Shown in pieces: positions 29,837 to 32,000 of a stretch of DNA of 32,000 nucleotides. The notes below the pieces were generated by a model. The model was not told the DNA's origin. It made no database searches and saw only the letters and a list, made by a program, of their open reading frames with translations. The position numbers and the translations under genes are program-made. Each line of letters opens with the position of its first letter. Positions within the stretch are counted from its first letter, which is position 1. Origin of the DNA: Desulfobulbus propionicus DSM 2032 (lineage in GTDB: Bacteria > Desulfobacterota > Desulfobulbia > Desulfobulbales > Desulfobulbaceae); assembly GCF_000186885.1 (NCBI RefSeq), contig NC_014972.1, positions 780,001 through 812,000 of the forward strand, in the 5' to 3' direction.

Positions 29837-30286
29837 ATGAGTGAACCGGCGTTTCAGGATCAGTACCCCGATGATTACGCCCACTGCTATGGGTGCGGGC
29901 GGTTGCATGCTGAAGGGCACCACCTGAAGAGTTATTGGGATGGAGAGGAAACCGTTTGCCGGTATACCCCTGATCCCAAATATACCGGTGGGTTCCCGGG
30001 GTTCCTCTATGGCGGCATGATTGCCTCGCTGATCGATTGTCACGGCGCGGGGACCGCCGCGGCAGCCAAGGCCAGGCAGGATGGCAAGCCGATTTCCCGC
30101 TTCGTCACCGCTTCATTGAAGGTGGACTATCTGGCACCGACGCCGATCAATACCGAGTTGGAGATTCGCGGCAAGGTGGTGGAAATCAAAGGTCGGAAGG
30201 TGATCGTCGATCTGGTGGTGTTCGCCGCCGGCACAACCTGCGCCACTGGCACGGTGGTGATGGTGCAACTGAAGGAGCAGAACTGA
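29837..30286 (+). CDS. PaaI-type hotdog-fold thioesterase
   Basis: 149 aa; CYGCGRLHAEGHHLKSYWDGEETVCRYTPDPKYTGGFPGFLYGGMIASLIDCHGAGTAAAA and NTELEIRGKVVEIKGRKVIVDLVVFAAG. Confidence 0.88.
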   Translation: MSEPAFQDQYPDDYAHCYGCGRLHAEGHHLKSYWDGEETVCRYTPDPKYTGGFPGFLYGGMIASLIDCHGAGTAAAAKARQDGKPISRFVTASLKVDYLAPTPINTELEIRGKVVEIKGRKVIVDLVVFAAGTTCATGTVVMVQLKEQN

Positions 30287-30464
30287 GCGCCGGTTGATCC
30301 GGCGCCGACGGTGCGCATCCCGTGATGCACCGACAAGACGGGATTCCGGCGAGTTCACCTGGGGCGGGTGAACGGCCGACAGAGGCGTGCGTGAACCTGT
30401 TTACGAGAGATTGATCAGGGCCAAGCGCGGAACGAGCACACAGACTATCTTGGGGGAAATACAC

Positions 30465-31610
30465 ATGAATTTCGAATTGACAGAAGAGCAAAACTTGATC
30501 CGTGACATGGTCCGCAGTTTTGCCGAGACGGAAGTGGCTTCGTCCGCGGCCGAGCGGGACGAGAACGAGCGTTTTGACCGGGCCCTGATGTTTGATCGCC
30601 TGGCCGAACTGGGCTTGACAGGTATCGTCTTTCCGGAAGAGTATGGCGGAGCCGGCGCCGATTATATCAGCTATGCCATCGCTGTCGAGGAGTTGTCCCG
30701 GGTGTGTGGCTCCACCGGCGTCACCCTGTCGGCCCATCTGTCCCTTTGCGCCAATCCCATCTATATGTTCGGTACCGAGGCACAGAAACAGAAATTCCTG
30801 GTGCCGCTGGCCAAGGGCGAGAAAATCGGTGGATTCGGCTTGACCGAGCCTTCCGCCGGCTCCGATGCCGGGGGCACCAAAACCACTGCCACCCGTGATG
30901 GCAACGACTGGATCCTCAACGGTTCCAAGATTTTTATCACCAATGCCGGCGAGGCCGAGACCTACGTGGTGCTCGCCCGCAGCGACAAGAATGCGGAAAA
31001 GCACCGCGGTATCAGCGCCTTTATCGTCGAGAAAGGTACCCCTGGATTTTCCTTCGGTAAAAAGGAAAAGAAGATGGGGATTCGCTCCTCGCCCACCATG
31101 GAACTGGTGTTCGAGAACTGCCGCATTCCCGGCGACAATCTGCTTGGCCAGGAAGGCCAGGGATTCAAGGTAGCGATGAAAACCCTGGATGGCGGCCGTA
31201 TCGGCATCGCAGCCCAAGCCCTCGGCATTGCCCAGGGAGCTCTGGATGCAGCCCTCGCCTACACCAAGGAGCGTGAGCAGTTCAACAAACCGATCGCCTC
31301 GTTTCAGGGCGTTTCCTTCCAACTGGCAGACATGGCCACCCAGGTCGAGGCCGCCCGTCTGCTGATTTACAACGCCGCCTATCGGGCCAGCAATGGTCTC
31401 TCCTATTCCCTGGAATCGGCCATGGCCAAATTGTTTGCCTCCGAGACCGCCATGCGGGTGACCACCCAGGCTGTCCAACTGCACGGTGGCTATGGGTACA
31501 CCCGTGAATTTCCGGTTGAGCGGATGATGCGCGACGCCAAGATCACCGAGATTTACGAGGGAACCAGCGAAGTCCAGCGCGTGGTTATCGGGGCCGCTTT
31601 GACTCGATAA
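30465..31610 (+). CDS. Acyl-CoA dehydrogenase (short-chain/butyryl-CoA dehydrogenase-like)
   Basis: [100 protein letters not shown]. Track start (30387) lies upstream of the more likely ATG. Confidence 0.95.
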   Translation: MNFELTEEQNLIRDMVRSFAETEVASSAAERDENERFDRALMFDRLAELGLTGIVFPEEYGGAGADYISYAIAVEELSRVCGSTGVTLSAHLSLCANPIYMFGTEAQKQKFLVPLAKGEKIGGFGLTEPSAGSDAGGTKTTATRDGNDWILNGSKIFITNAGEAETYVVLARSDKNAEKHRGISAFIVEKGTPGFSFGKKEKKMGIRSSPTMELVFENCRIPGDNLLGQEGQGFKVAMKTLDGGRIGIAAQALGIAQGALDAALAYTKEREQFNKPIASFQGVSFQLADMATQVEAARLLIYNAAYRASNGLSYSLESAMAKLFASETAMRVTTQAVQLHGGYGYTREFPVERMMRDAKITEIYEGTSEVQRVVIGAALTR

Positions 31611-31751
31611 CAGACTCCGGCCGCCGCAGGCGGCTGGAGCACCTAACCTATTGATGATAAACAAGAAGAGAGCTGCGGCGCAAGCTGCCTCTCTTCTTCT
31701 GCGCAAGCATGAAACACAACGTTTGTTTACGTGAAGGAAGGGGGAGCCTGG

Positions 31752-32000
31752 ATGGAGTTTACCCGTGAAATATATTGGAATGTCGGTCATGGGTTTACTA
31801 CCTTGGCACCCATGTACGGCCTGTTGTTGGTGGCCTTGACCATTTTTGTGATCGGTTTTCTTAAGCGGATCAAGGTCTATCGTCTCGGACAGCCCTTGGA
31901 TCGAACGGACCAACGAGGCGAACGAATCAAATATCTGCTGGAGAATGTGCTGCTCCAGACCAAGGTGATGCGGGTGCCCGGTCCGGGCACGGCGCATGCG
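31752..32000 (+). CDS. N-terminus of a membrane-bound (Fe-S) oxidoreductase, heterodisulfide-reductase-related (truncated by window edge)
   Basis: MEFTREIYWNVGHGFTTLAPMYGLLLVALTIFVIGFLKRIKVYRLGQPLDRTDQRGERIKYLLENVLLQTKVMRVPGPGTAHA, open to the edge. Assignment rests on an N-terminal TM plus the short LLQTKVMR-type linker and on genomic context. Confidence 0.65.
   Translation, partial: MEFTREIYWNVGHGFTTLAPMYGLLLVALTIFVIGFLKRIKVYRLGQPLDRTDQRGERIKYLLENVLLQTKVMRVPGPGTAHA

Noticed and set aside
30186-31997. 603-aa minus-strand ORF opposite the acyl-CoA dehydrogenase
   Set aside because: Antisense shadow; it crosses two plus-strand genes and an intergenic gap with no recognisable domain.
1-32000. 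CRISPR array, tRNA/rRNA, transposase, prophage, toxin-antitoxin or restriction system
   Set aside because: Read for direct-repeat arrays, cloverleaf/rRNA signatures and hallmark proteins; none seen. The gene content looks like ordinary chromosome, not a defence or mobile island.

Overview
This 32 kb window is GC-rich, densely coded bacterial DNA with mostly housekeeping and metabolic genes. Gene content looks like an anaerobic Desulfobulbaceae-type member of the Desulfobacterota, but that is an inference. I saw no CRISPR array, transposase, prophage, rRNA or tRNA. In order, it contains: partial SulP transporter and TetR regulator (-); YgiQ-type radical SAM and HI0933/BaiN-type flavoprotein (-); SDR/epimerase fused to a helical C-terminal region (+); SanA-like protein (-); FMN-dependent alpha-hydroxy-acid oxidizing protein with an N-terminal Cys cluster (-); TauE/SafE exporter (-); cation:proton antiporter with a degenerate PTS-EIIA-like tail (+); dinB (-); WbpP/TviC-type epimerase (+); a small membrane ORF missing from the supplied track (+); aroC and a response regulator-adenylate cyclase (+); DUF2868-type membrane protein, DUF3482-type GTPase and B12-binding-type radical SAM protein in a tight row (+); glgP (+); orn and fba (-); ridA (+); and a beta-oxidation/butyrate-type gene set ending in a truncated membrane Fe-S oxidoreductase (+). 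I found no clear-cut new system. The best candidates for follow-up are the membrane protein/GTPase/radical SAM cluster, the Cys-cluster flavoenzyme, the antiporter-EIIA fusion, the SDR fusion and a nested intergenic palindrome. The family names are from recognition of protein motifs, with no database search performed.
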